This document shows positions 43,865 through 53,726 of a stretch of 54,382 nt of DNA, one piece after another. The stretch lies in NCBI GenBank assembly GCA_017646005.1, contig JAGCNJ010000075.1, positions 1 to 54,382 on the forward strand, in the 5' to 3' direction. The notes under the pieces are model-generated. The model saw only the letters and a program-made list of their open reading frames with translations. It was not told where the DNA came from and made no database searches. Source of the stretch: Clostridia bacterium (GTDB taxonomy: Bacteria; Bacillota; Clostridia; Oscillospirales; CAG-272). A program made the translations under genes and the position numbers. Numbering within the stretch: position 1 is the first letter of the stretch; each line of letters begins with the position of its first letter.

Positions 43865-44290
43865 ATGACCGTGTTTTCGGGTACATTCAAGCACGCGCTT
43901 GATACTAAAAACCGTTTGTTTATACCCGCAAAATTCCGCGAAGAGCTCGGCGAAAAGTTTTTCGTTATGCGCAACGTGGACGGATGCCTCGACATCTTAA
44001 CGCTTGAAGCACGCGACAGTATTTCAGAGCAGCTCTCACTTCTCCCGAGAGTACAGGCAGGAGACCTCAGACGCTTCTTGTTTTCCGAGTCAAGCGACTG
44101 TGAGCCCGATTCTCAGGGACGTGTAATTCTTCCCTCGCAGCTCGTTGAATACGCAGAGCTTGGGAAAAACGTGCTTATCGTAGGCGCGGATAACCACATC
44201 GAGCTTTGGAATGAGGAAAAGTACGAAGCAAAGCGTGCTGCCGCATCCAAGGATTACATTCTTGCTCTTATGAATGAGCTTAAGTGGTAA
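43865..44290 (+). CDS. mraZ: transcriptional regulator MraZ
   Basis: MTVFSGTFKHALDTKNRLFIPAKFREEL and second SpoVT/AbrB-like half (DSQGRVILPSQL). SD GGGAG. The track ORF start at 43817 is upstream of this ATG. Confidence 0.95.
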   Translation: MTVFSGTFKHALDTKNRLFIPAKFREELGEKFFVMRNVDGCLDILTLEARDSISEQLSLLPRVQAGDLRRFLFSESSDCEPDSQGRVILPSQLVEYAELGKNVLIVGADNHIELWNEEKYEAKRAAASKDYILALMNELKW

Positions 44291-44292
44291 AG

Positions 44293-45240
44293 ATGGCTGA
44301 GGGAATAAGCTTTTCACACTACTCGGTCCTGCTTAATGAAAGTGTAGATGCGCTTTCACCCGAAAAGGGCGGCATATACGCCGATCTCACACTCGGCGGC
44401 GGCGGTCATTCGCTTGAAATCCTCAAAAGAATGGACAAGGACGGAAAACTGATCGCATTTGACCAGGATGCCGATGCCATAGCAGCATCGAAAATCAGAC
44501 TTAAGGATTATACCGACCGTATCACCTTTGTGAACGAAAACTTCAGAAATTTTGCAAGTGTGCTTGAAAATCTGGGAGTAGAAAAAATAGACGGCGCGGT
44601 TATAGATCTCGGAGTATCATCATACCAGCTCGATACTCCCGAAAGAGGCTTCTCGTATATGCACGACGCTTTTCTCGATATGAGAATGAACAAGGATGCG
44701 TCGCTTTCAGCATACGACGTAGTCAACACTTATGACAAGGAAAATCTCAAAAAAATCATATTTGAGTACGGCGAGGAAAGATTTGCACCGCGAATAGCGG
44801 CAAAAATCGTGACCGCAAGAGAGTCAAAGCCAATTGAAACGACCTTCGAATTAGTCGACATCATTCGCAGTGCCATGCCTGACGGAGGCAGAGGCGGCGA
44901 AAAACATCCCGCAAAACGAACATTCCAGGCTATTCGGATCGAAGTGAACAAAGAGCTTGATGTTATTACTCCGGCAATATATGCCGTTGTTGATTCTCTT
45001 AAACCGGGTGGTCGCCTCGCCGTCATAACCTTCCACTCGCTTGAAGACAGACTCGTCAAGAATCTGTTTTCAACGCTTGCAAACCCGTGTACCTGCCCTC
45101 CGAGCTTTCCGGTATGCGTGTGTGGAAAAAAGGCGACGGTAAGACCGGTCACACACAAGCCGGTCCTTCCCTCTGCTGACGAATTAAGCGAAAATTCGCG
45201 CTCAAGAAGCGCAAAGCTCAGGATTATAGAAAAGATTTAG
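44293..45240 (+). CDS. rsmH: 16S rRNA (cytosine1402-N4)-methyltransferase
   Basis: HYSVLLNESVDAL, DLTLGGGGHS, DLGVSSYQLD, ITFHSLEDR motifs. Start is ATG 44293, or GTG 44284 overlapping the mraZ stop. Confidence 0.95.
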   Translation: MAEGISFSHYSVLLNESVDALSPEKGGIYADLTLGGGGHSLEILKRMDKDGKLIAFDQDADAIAASKIRLKDYTDRITFVNENFRNFASVLENLGVEKIDGAVIDLGVSSYQLDTPERGFSYMHDAFLDMRMNKDASLSAYDVVNTYDKENLKKIIFEYGEERFAPRIAAKIVTARESKPIETTFELVDIIRSAMPDGGRGGEKHPAKRTFQAIRIEVNKELDVITPAIYAVVDSLKPGGRLAVITFHSLEDRLVKNLFSTLANPCTCPPSFPVCVCGKKATVRPVTHKPVLPSADELSENSRSRSAKLRIIEKI

Positions 45241-45264
45241 AAGATGAAAGTGGGGTAAACGCAG

Positions 45265-45909
45265 GTGACGTCAAATTACAATAAGGTCAAAAATAACGAA
45301 GATAAGCTTGCGAAGACCTCGCAGGTAAGAAAAAACTCGGGTGCTGTCAAGAGTGAAGGCGCTGTTATCGGCAACACATCTCATGTCTCCGGAGTTTCCG
45401 GCAAAGTACGCGCAGGTGAAAATGCAAGAGGAAACGTGCGCACAAACGGTGCGGTAGTAAAAAGACGCAACGTACAGACTAAGCCCGAGGAGATAAATAC
45501 AAGACTCCCGAAATGGCTCGGCTGGCTCGGCTTTGATGCCAAGGAAAGATTTGAAACGATTGCGGTTTCAACCGCCAACAGACATCCTATCGTATTATAT
45601 ATAGCGATAACCGTGCTTGTCACGGCAATGTTTATGACACTCGTTATAAACGCTGTCGGCATAAACAAGCTCAAGACCGAAACAACTCAGATGAACAGTC
45701 ACTTAGCTACTCTTATCGAAAGAGAAGCCGAGCTCAGCTTAGAGCTTGAAAAGCGTGACGACCTCAGATATATCCGTGAGGTAGCTATCAACGTACATGG
45801 AATGATGGACAAAAAATATGCAAGTAAGCATTACATAAGCCTTGAAAAGGATCCGAAGGTTGAGCTTTCGGACAAGGCAGAGGCTGACGTGGACGTTGTC
45901 ATGGATTAA
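45265..45909 (+). CDS. ftsL: FtsL-like cell division protein with a ~100-aa basic N-terminal extension
   Basis: Position between rsmH and the PBP gene. Single TM (PIVLYIAITVLVTAMFMTLVINAV) followed by a coiled coil (LKTETTQMNSHLATLIEREAELSLELEKRDDL). GTG start, so the exact start is uncertain. Confidence 0.65.
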   Translation: MTSNYNKVKNNEDKLAKTSQVRKNSGAVKSEGAVIGNTSHVSGVSGKVRAGENARGNVRTNGAVVKRRNVQTKPEEINTRLPKWLGWLGFDAKERFETIAVSTANRHPIVLYIAITVLVTAMFMTLVINAVGINKLKTETTQMNSHLATLIEREAELSLELEKRDDLRYIREVAINVHGMMDKKYASKHYISLEKDPKVELSDKAEADVDVVMD

Positions 45910-46071
45910 GACCTTTTCAAATATACTTTTAAGGTATGGAATATATACGGCAAAGGTCAAATAGATTTAAATAAGCGGAAAACAATGAGGGTAAGGAGAC
46001 AATATGACTCTTTACTCTCGCTTGTTTATTTAGAATAATACACATTTCAAAACAAAAGAAAGGGGAAGAAT

Positions 46072-48321
46072 ATGAGAAGCCCGGGACATTACGATCTTAT
46101 TAAAAAGCGTTCTGTTGTTATAGTAGCTTTTATCATAGCTTTATTCGGTATTGCAATAGTAAGACTTTTCGATTTACAGATACTTCATTACGAAGAATAT
46201 CAGTCCGCAGTTATACGTCAGATGACAAGCGAAACAACGCTCAGAGCAGAGCGCGGAAAAATATACGATACAAATATGAATCTGCTCGTTACAAACACTA
46301 CCGTCTGGCGCGCTCTCGTTGACCCCGCAAGAATCAAGGAATACAGCGACAAGGTGCTTATAGCAGACGGCCTTTCAAAAATACTCGGCGTAGATTACAA
46401 TACCATTCTTGACAAGATAAACAAGCATCCCAATTCGCGTGACGTTACAATAAAGGAAAATCTTGACAAGGAAACTGCGGATACGGTGCGCAAATTCATA
46501 AGCGAAAATGAGCTTACCTCACAGGTGCATCTCGTTATCGGAAGCAAGCGCTACTACTGCTATGGCGATCTTGCTTCTCACGCGCTCGGATTTACCAACT
46601 CAAACGGCGGCGTTTACGGCATAGAAGCGACCTACAACAGCTATCTTACAGGCATCGACGGAAAGCTTTTGAGCGCTCACGATGCTCACGGCAAGGATAT
46701 GCCGTATAAGTACGAAAGCCTTATCGATGCGTCAAACGGCATAAATCTCGTTTCCACACTTGATATGAGAATACAGTATGAGCTTGAAAATCAGCTTGAG
46801 CTTGCATATGAAAACGCAGGCGCGCGCAACCGTGTTACAGGTATTGTTATGGAGGTCGATACGGGTGCTGTGCTTGCTATGGCAACCTACCCCGATTTCG
46901 ACTGCAACGACCCGTACACCCTCTCCGACGAGCTTCAGGAAAGGCTTGATAATTCGGGCTTTGCCAAGGATTCGGACGAATACAGTGAGCTTTACAAGAG
47001 CCTGCTTTATGAGCTTTGGAACAACAAGGCGGTGAACGATCTTTACGAGCCCGGCTCGACCTTTAAGGTAATCACCTCGTCTATAGCTCTTGAAGAAAAG
47101 AACGTAAAATTAAACGACACCTTCTACTGTCCCGGAAGCTACAAGGTAAGCGGCTACAGCACGCCTATTCACTGTCACAAGCGTTCGGGTCACGGAGTCG
47201 TTACCTTCGTTGAGGGACTTCAGCAGTCCTGCAACCCCACCCTTATGATGCTTGCCGAAAGAATAGGCAGAGAGACCTTTTTCAAGTATTTTGAAGCCTT
47301 CGGATACCGTTCGAAAACAGGTATTGACCTGCCCGGCGAATCGCTCGGCATCACACACTCGCTTGACAGCTTCAATCAGGTCGAGCTTGCCGTATATTCC
47401 TTCGGTCAGACCTTTAAGGTAACGCCTATCCAACAGATAACGGCTATAAGCACCATCGCAAACGGCGGATATCTTGTAAAACCCCATCTCGTGCGCAGAC
47501 TTGTGGACGATGACGGAAACGTAATATATTCGTATGATGACAGCGCAAAGCGTCAGATAATCAGCACCGAAACCTGCGAAACGCTTACAAAGGTTCTTGC
47601 GGACGGTGTAGCAGGCAACGGCGGTGCGAAAAACGCATACGTCAAAGGCTATTCGGTAGCCGCAAAGACGGGTACTTCCGAGAAGCGAGACAAGGCGGAC
47701 AAATACGGCGAGTTTTCGCTCAGAGTCGGCTCCTGCGTTGCATACGCTCCTGCAGAAGACCCTGTGATCGCGGCTATCATCATTGTTGACGAGCCCTCCA
47801 TCGCAAACGTATACGGAAGCGTTGTTGCGGCTCCCTATATATCAAATCTTCTTTCAACTGTACTTCCCTATCTCGGAATCGAGCCTAAGTATACTCCCGA
47901 GGAGCTTGCCTCCATGGAGATCCCGATAAACGATTACACGGGCAAGTACGCGAAGGATGCCGCAAGCGAAATCAAGAAAAAGGGACTTTCGGTTGAAATA
48001 ATCGGAAGCGGTGAGGTCGTAACCTCCCAGATACCCAAAAACGGCAGTCTTCTTTCAAGCGAAACGGGTAAGGTATTGCTCTATACGGCTGACACCGAGC
48101 CCAAGCTCAACGTGACAGTACCCGATCTTATCGGTAAAACTGCCGCGGCGGCAAACAGACTTGCTGTAAACGCAGGTCTTAACATCAACATATCGGGCGC
48201 GCAGAACTACGACAGCGGCGCGGGTGCGGTGGTAATAACACAGTACCCCGAAGCAGGCGTCAAGCTTACGCGCGGCGATATAGTCACGATAGACGTACGC
48301 CATATGGACGGTACCGACTAA
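46072..48321 (+). CDS. class B penicillin-binding protein with two C-terminal PASTA domains (SpoVD/FtsI-like)
   Basis: 749 aa. Transpeptidase motifs STFK, SCN, KTGT. Two PASTA repeats at the C-terminus. SD AAAGGGGAAG. Confidence 0.9.
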   Translation: MRSPGHYDLIKKRSVVIVAFIIALFGIAIVRLFDLQILHYEEYQSAVIRQMTSETTLRAERGKIYDTNMNLLVTNTTVWRALVDPARIKEYSDKVLIADGLSKILGVDYNTILDKINKHPNSRDVTIKENLDKETADTVRKFISENELTSQVHLVIGSKRYYCYGDLASHALGFTNSNGGVYGIEATYNSYLTGIDGKLLSAHDAHGKDMPYKYESLIDASNGINLVSTLDMRIQYELENQLELAYENAGARNRVTGIVMEVDTGAVLAMATYPDFDCNDPYTLSDELQERLDNSGFAKDSDEYSELYKSLLYELWNNKAVNDLYEPGSTFKVITSSIALEEKNVKLNDTFYCPGSYKVSGYSTPIHCHKRSGHGVVTFVEGLQQSCNPTLMMLAERIGRETFFKYFEAFGYRSKTGIDLPGESLGITHSLDSFNQVELAVYSFGQTFKVTPIQQITAISTIANGGYLVKPHLVRRLVDDDGNVIYSYDDSAKRQIISTETCETLTKVLADGVAGNGGAKNAYVKGYSVAAKTGTSEKRDKADKYGEFSLRVGSCVAYAPAEDPVIAAIIIVDEPSIANVYGSVVAAPYISNLLSTVLPYLGIEPKYTPEELASMEIPINDYTGKYAKDAASEIKKKGLSVEIIGSGEVVTSQIPKNGSLLSSETGKVLLYTADTEPKLNVTVPDLIGKTAAAANRLAVNAGLNINISGAQNYDSGAGAVVITQYPEAGVKLTRGDIVTIDVRHMDGTD

Positions 48322-48418
48322 CCTGAAAACCAACGGACACTCAAAGCATAATTAAAAGAGCTGTCCGATAACCCTCTCCGTCGCAGGCGGACAGAATGCG
48401 ACGGAGAATGGAGTTTTT

Positions 48419-49936
48419 ATGAAGCTTAGCCATATTCTGTCCGAAATCGAAATCGTATCGACCAACATTCCCTGCTTTGATTTTTGCTTCAACAAGATCT
48501 GCTCGGACACATCCGAGCTTGAGCTTGGAGATATATTCGTATGCAAACGCGGAAGCAATACCGACGGTCACGAATATATAAAAAAAGCATATGAGCTTGG
48601 CGCGAGATGCTTTGTGGTCGAAAGAGTGACCGACGAATTAAAAAACAACAGCAGACTTCGCTATATCCGTGTCAAGAATACCCCACTTGCAGAGGTAAAA
48701 TTATTAAACGCGGCATTTAACTACCCTGCCCGGAATATGCGTCTTGTTGCCATAACCGGCACAAACGGCAAGACCTCGGTTGCGTATATGCTCAAGCACA
48801 TACTCGACTGTGCAGGCATCTGCACAGGTCTTATCGGCACGGTCAAAAGCTTTGCGGGAAAGACGGATATTACACGCAAAAAAAGCTCAAGCGACTTCAA
48901 TTCTATGACAACTCCGCCGCCAAGTGAGCTTTTCTCGCTTCTTACAGAAATGCGGGAGCATGGGTGCGACACAATAGTTTTGGAAGCGTCCTCGCACGCA
49001 CTAAAGCAGAAAAGGCTTGATGCTCTGCAATTTGCGCTCGGAGTATTTACAAATTTGAGTGAGGATCATCTCGACTATCACAAGAGCTTATCCGATTATA
49101 TAAATGCGAAATCACACCTGTTTGAGCTTTCGGACTGCGCACTTATAAATACCGACGACCCTGTCGGCGCAGATATTGCCAAAAAGCTCTCCTGTAACGT
49201 TATCACTTACGGCAAAAGCAAAGCCTGCGATCACACGGCAATTCAACCTGTATTAAACGATTCCGGCATTGAATTTGATGCAAGGCTCAAAGGTCAAGCC
49301 CACGTATCCTGCCCGATTCCCGGAGAATTTACCGTATACAACGCGCTTTGCGCGGCAGCTGCGGCGTCATACCTCGGCGTAAGCGACAGGATCATCGTGC
49401 AGGCACTTGAGTCTATGCCGCAGATACCCGGAAGGCTTGAAAGGATACGCACTCCGAACGATATAAATATATTTATCGACTACGCTCATACACCCGATGC
49501 GCTTGAAAAGGCAATTACGACCTTGAAATCCGGCACTCGCGGAAGAATGATAACCGTCTTCGGCTGCGGAGGCAACAGAGAGCGCGAAAAAAGACCGATC
49601 ATGGGCAGAATAGCAACCTATCTGAGCGATCTTACGGTAATTACATCGGACAACAGCAGAAATGAGAGCACGGACAGAATACTCAACGATATCGTTTCGG
49701 GCATAGGCCATAACACTAATTATAAGGTGCTTCCCGATCGCACAGATGCAATAAACTTCGCCCTTTGTATAGCAAGGCCGGGCGATACTGTTCTTCTGGC
49801 GGGAAAGGGGCACGAGGATTATCTTTTGTGCGGAAATGAGAAAAAGCACTTTTCCGAAAAAGAAACTGTTGAAAATTTTTATAAAAGAATCTTGAAAACA
49901 AAGGAATTAAAGGGTAATGAACAGAATCGAGCTTGA
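48419..49936 (+). CDS. murE: UDP-N-acetylmuramoyl-L-alanyl-D-glutamate--2,6-diaminopimelate ligase
   Basis: 505 aa. ITGTNGKTS P-loop, DYAHTPDAL, GCGGNRE, SDNSRNE (variant of the DNPR motif). Confidence 0.95.
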   Translation: MKLSHILSEIEIVSTNIPCFDFCFNKICSDTSELELGDIFVCKRGSNTDGHEYIKKAYELGARCFVVERVTDELKNNSRLRYIRVKNTPLAEVKLLNAAFNYPARNMRLVAITGTNGKTSVAYMLKHILDCAGICTGLIGTVKSFAGKTDITRKKSSSDFNSMTTPPPSELFSLLTEMREHGCDTIVLEASSHALKQKRLDALQFALGVFTNLSEDHLDYHKSLSDYINAKSHLFELSDCALINTDDPVGADIAKKLSCNVITYGKSKACDHTAIQPVLNDSGIEFDARLKGQAHVSCPIPGEFTVYNALCAAAAASYLGVSDRIIVQALESMPQIPGRLERIRTPNDINIFIDYAHTPDALEKAITTLKSGTRGRMITVFGCGGNREREKRPIMGRIATYLSDLTVITSDNSRNESTDRILNDIVSGIGHNTNYKVLPDRTDAINFALCIARPGDTVLLAGKGHEDYLLCGNEKKHFSEKETVENFYKRILKTKELKGNEQNRA

Positions 49937-51362
49937 AGGTGCAAGCTTCACAGTCGATGAGCTTGCTCGCATCACAGACGGTACTCTTATAAACAATAAG
50001 GGCGGTATAATAACGTCGGTTTCGACCGATTCGCGCGAATGCACAAACGGTACGCTTTTTGTCGCTATCAAGGGCGAAAGATTTGACGGTCACGATTTTA
50101 TAAAGCAGACGATGGATGCGGGTGCTGTATGCGCTCTTTGCGAAAGAATACCCGAAAACGCTGAGCTTTTATGCGGTGATCTGGTCGTTGTAAAGGACAG
50201 TATCGTTGCTCTCGGCAAGCTTGCAAAGGCTTACCTTGAAAGGCTTGCGCCACGTATCGTTGCGGTTACGGGAAGCGTCGGTAAAACGACAACCAAGGAG
50301 TTCATTTACTCTGTACTCAATGAAAAATTCGTGTCTCACAAGACCGAGGGTAATTTCAACAATGAGCTCGGACTCCCGCTTACCGTGCTTTCAATGAAAA
50401 AGGAAACGCGCGCGGCTGTTCTTGAAATGGGTATGAGCTTCAAGGGCGAGATCTCCTATCTTTCAAAGCTCGCTTCCCCGGGCATCGCGGTGATCACCAA
50501 CATCGGAAATTCTCATATTGAAAACCTCGGAAGCCGCGAAAACATCTGTGCTGCAAAGCTTGAGATAACAGATGGGCTTGATCCTGACGGATATATCTTA
50601 CTCAATGCCGACGAGCCCTTGCTCTTTGCCCAAAAGGACAGACTAAGACACAAGATCCTCTTTGTTTCAATGCAGAATCCTGCCGCCGATTTCAGAGCGC
50701 TCAACGTGCGCACCTACGACGGATATTCGATATACGACCTTGTTATGCCAAACAGAGTCGTAACAAATATACAGATCCCCACGATCGGTATGCATAACGT
50801 TCACGACTCGGCATTCGCGTTTGTATGCGGTCTGCTCATGGGTATGAGCGACGATGAGATCAAGCGCGGTCTTATGAAGTTCAAAAACACCGGTATGCGT
50901 CAGAACGTGTACGTTTACGGCGGCGTTACCATAATTGAGGACTGCTACAACGCAGGTCCCGAATCCATGAAAGCATCGCTTGACGTGCTTGCAAGACTTG
51001 CAAAGAAAAGCAGTACGCGCTCGGTAGCCGTTCTCGGCGAAATGCGTGAGCTTGGCGAATACAGCAAGAATCTGCATATGGAAATCGGAAAGACCGTCGC
51101 TGCAAAAAGTATAAGCAAGCTTTTCACGTTCGGCAAGGAAGCCGAAAACATCGCACTCGGCGCGATAAATCACGGATATATGCCCGAAAGAGTCGGGATA
51201 AACGGAGATATTAAGGCTCCCGAGGCTGCGGCTCACGCAATAAGGGCAACTCTTAAGCATGGGGATGTGGTACTCTTCAAGGCAAGCCGTGCGGTAAAGC
51301 TTGAAAGGGTTATAGAATTACTCAAAAAAGAGCTTGACAGCTCCCCTCTTGCAGATATATAA
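49917..51362 (+). CDS. murF: UDP-N-acetylmuramoyl-tripeptide--D-alanyl-D-alanine ligase
   Basis: 481 aa. VTGSVGKTTTKE P-loop, NNELGLPLT, YNAGPESM. 20-nt overlap with murE. Confidence 0.95.
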   Translation: MNRIELEGASFTVDELARITDGTLINNKGGIITSVSTDSRECTNGTLFVAIKGERFDGHDFIKQTMDAGAVCALCERIPENAELLCGDLVVVKDSIVALGKLAKAYLERLAPRIVAVTGSVGKTTTKEFIYSVLNEKFVSHKTEGNFNNELGLPLTVLSMKKETRAAVLEMGMSFKGEISYLSKLASPGIAVITNIGNSHIENLGSRENICAAKLEITDGLDPDGYILLNADEPLLFAQKDRLRHKILFVSMQNPAADFRALNVRTYDGYSIYDLVMPNRVVTNIQIPTIGMHNVHDSAFAFVCGLLMGMSDDEIKRGLMKFKNTGMRQNVYVYGGVTIIEDCYNAGPESMKASLDVLARLAKKSSTRSVAVLGEMRELGEYSKNLHMEIGKTVAAKSISKLFTFGKEAENIALGAINHGYMPERVGINGDIKAPEAAAHAIRATLKHGDVVLFKASRAVKLERVIELLKKELDSSPLADI

Positions 51363-51393
51363 GTTTCTGATCCTTATCGGTTAAAAGAAAGGA

Positions 51394-52401
51394 ATGATCA
51401 CCTTGTCAAATCCCGTTTATATATTCTTCACGGCAACGCTTGTATGCGTATTTCTGCTGTCTGCGTTTTTCACAAAGCTTATAATACCCAAGCTCAAAAG
51501 CTTAAAACTCGGTCAGACTATACTTGAGATCGGCCCACGCTGGCACAAAAACAAGGAAGGCACGCCCACTATGGGCGGCGTTGCGTTTATCTCCGCAATA
51601 CTTGCCGTATGTGCAATCTCGGTATTCCTTTTAACAAGCCTTACCGATATCAGCTTACCTGCCAAGCTTATAATCACGCTCATTTTTGCCGTTGCCAACG
51701 GCACTATAGGCGTGATCGATGATATGACCAAGTTCAAAAACCACAGAAACGAGGGGTTAAGTGCTTCTCAGAAGTTCCTGCTTCAGCTTCTTGCAGGTGG
51801 TCTGTATCTTGCCGCTATGAGCTATTTCGGCGGACTTACCACCGTAATGCATATACCCTTTACCGATTTTGGCTTTGATCTCGGAATAGTTTACTATCCG
51901 ATAGCGCTCATACTCATCACGGGCATCGTCAACAGTGTAAATCTCACAGACGGCATTGACGGTCTTGCTTCAAGTGTAACGCTTGTTGCCGCCGCGGCTT
52001 TTGCCGTACTTTCATTCTTCATAAAAAATACCGAGCTTTCGCTTTTAAGCGCGGCTCTTATCGGAGGATGCCTCGGATTTCTTACCTACAACTTCTACCC
52101 CGCGCGTATCTTTATGGGTGACACAGGCTCGCTCTTTCTCGGCGCGGGCATCACAGGCTGCGCGTTTCTTGCAAACGACCCGCTTTTAATTCTGGTAATA
52201 GGCATCATCTACGTTTTCGAATCACTTTCGGTTATACTTCAGGTAACATCCTTCAAGCTCACAGGCAAACGCATATTCAAAATGAGTCCGATACACCATC
52301 ACTTTGAAAAATGCGGCTGGAGCGAAATAAAGATCGTATCGGTCTTTTCCTTATTCACACTTATAATTTCAACACTCGCGGTGGTGCTGACACTCGCATA
52401 G
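51394..52401 (+). CDS. mraY: phospho-N-acetylmuramoyl-pentapeptide transferase
   Basis: 335 aa. KEGTPTMGG, NSVNLTDGIDGLA, MGDTGSLFLG, PIHHHFE motifs. Confidence 0.95.
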   Translation: MITLSNPVYIFFTATLVCVFLLSAFFTKLIIPKLKSLKLGQTILEIGPRWHKNKEGTPTMGGVAFISAILAVCAISVFLLTSLTDISLPAKLIITLIFAVANGTIGVIDDMTKFKNHRNEGLSASQKFLLQLLAGGLYLAAMSYFGGLTTVMHIPFTDFGFDLGIVYYPIALILITGIVNSVNLTDGIDGLASSVTLVAAAAFAVLSFFIKNTELSLLSAALIGGCLGFLTYNFYPARIFMGDTGSLFLGAGITGCAFLANDPLLILVIGIIYVFESLSVILQVTSFKLTGKRIFKMSPIHHHFEKCGWSEIKIVSVFSLFTLIISTLAVVLTLA

Positions 52402-52443
52402 GATACCGCCGTCGTTTGGTACAAACAATATACGGAGATATAA

Positions 52444-53694
52444 ATGAACAGTACCCAAAAACCTCAGACACCTATCAGGGATACGCATAACGCAAATCCC
52501 GCTTCAAGACAGGGACTCAAGCCTGTCCGCAGGATTGCGGGAATGCCCGACAAGCAACCGCAGAAAATAGTAAGATACAAGGGTCCGATGGACCGTGTAT
52601 TCCTTATACTTGTGCTGATACTTATCTGCTTTGGCTCGGTTATGGTATTCAGCGCAAGCTACGCTTATTCGATGTCGAAATATAACGGCAACGGATACGT
52701 ATACATAAGCAAGCAGCTGATCAACGTGCTTATAGGTCTTGCGGTCATGTTTATAACCGCAAAGCTTCTTGACCCCTATACGCTCAGAAAAAACGTAGGT
52801 AAGCTGTATTTTGTAACTGTGATATTGCTCGCGCTCGTGCTGGTTATCGGTACGATAGGCGGCGGCGCAAAGCGCTGGATCATGATTGCGGGCTTCTCGG
52901 TACAGCCGTCCGAGATCGCAAAGGCAACGATCGTGTTTATGCTTGCCGCCCATTTTGAAAAGCACTCCGAAAAGATCATGTCTCCTAAAAGCACCAAGGA
53001 AAGCCTTAAGTTCGGTCTTCTGTGGCCGCTCATGTATACGGGCATAATCTGTCTGCTCGTCGTGCTTGAAAAGCATCTTTCGGGTACGATCATCCTCTTC
53101 CTTATCGGTATTGCGGTAATGTGGGCAGGCGGCACAGATGCAAGATTTATTCTCATACCCGGCTTCGCCGGAGGAACCGTACTTACCGTACTCGCGTTAC
53201 TTATTCCCTACACAAAAAGGCGAATAGACATATGGCTCAATCCGACAAACGACCTTACGGGTGACGGCTGGCAGACGATCCAGGGACTTAACGCGATAGG
53301 CTCCGGCGGACTCTTAGGTCTTGGACCTACAAACAGCAGACAAAAGCATATGTACGTTTCTCAGCCGCAGAACGACTTTATTTACAGCATCCTTTGCGAG
53401 GAGCTCGGTTTTATCGGCGCGGTTGCGGTAATAATGCTGTTCGTTATGCTGATAGTCAGAGGCTATCAAATAGCAAAGCGCGCCCCCGACACCTTCAGCT
53501 CACTTGTGGTTATCGGTATCGTAAGTAAGATAGGTCTGCAGGCGGCGTTCAATATCGGAGTTGTTACAAACCTTATACCCAACACGGGAATCTCGCTTCC
53601 CTTTTTCAGCTACGGAGGCTCATCAACAATAGTACTTCTTGCCGAAATGGGCGTGGTGCTTTCAATTTCGCGCTTCTCGCGACAGGACAGGTAG
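52444..53694 (+). CDS. ftsW: SEDS family peptidoglycan polymerase (FtsW/SpoVE)
   Basis: 416 aa. FSVQPSEIAK, PQNDFIYSILCEELGF and LPFFSYGGSS motifs. ~45-aa hydrophilic N-terminal extension. Confidence 0.9.
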   Translation: MNSTQKPQTPIRDTHNANPASRQGLKPVRRIAGMPDKQPQKIVRYKGPMDRVFLILVLILICFGSVMVFSASYAYSMSKYNGNGYVYISKQLINVLIGLAVMFITAKLLDPYTLRKNVGKLYFVTVILLALVLVIGTIGGGAKRWIMIAGFSVQPSEIAKATIVFMLAAHFEKHSEKIMSPKSTKESLKFGLLWPLMYTGIICLLVVLEKHLSGTIILFLIGIAVMWAGGTDARFILIPGFAGGTVLTVLALLIPYTKRRIDIWLNPTNDLTGDGWQTIQGLNAIGSGGLLGLGPTNSRQKHMYVSQPQNDFIYSILCEELGFIGAVAVIMLFVMLIVRGYQIAKRAPDTFSSLVVIGIVSKIGLQAAFNIGVVTNLIPNTGISLPFFSYGGSSTIVLLAEMGVVLSISRFSRQDR

Positions 53695-53726
53695 TACGCA
53701 AACACTTATAAAACAAAGAGGTCCTT

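Noticed and set aside
45985-46038. Alternative 17-codon uORF (MRVRRQYDSLLSLVYLE*) that overlaps the 9-codon uORF in another frame.
   Set aside because: No SD precedes its ATG. The SD-led 9-codon ORF is the better candidate, and even that one is speculative.
49651-49671. MurE amino-acid specificity motif reads DNSR instead of the canonical DNPR.
   Set aside because: Asp, Asn and Arg are all retained, so meso-DAP specificity remains most likely. A single Pro-to-Ser change seen by eye is not enough to propose a different substrate.
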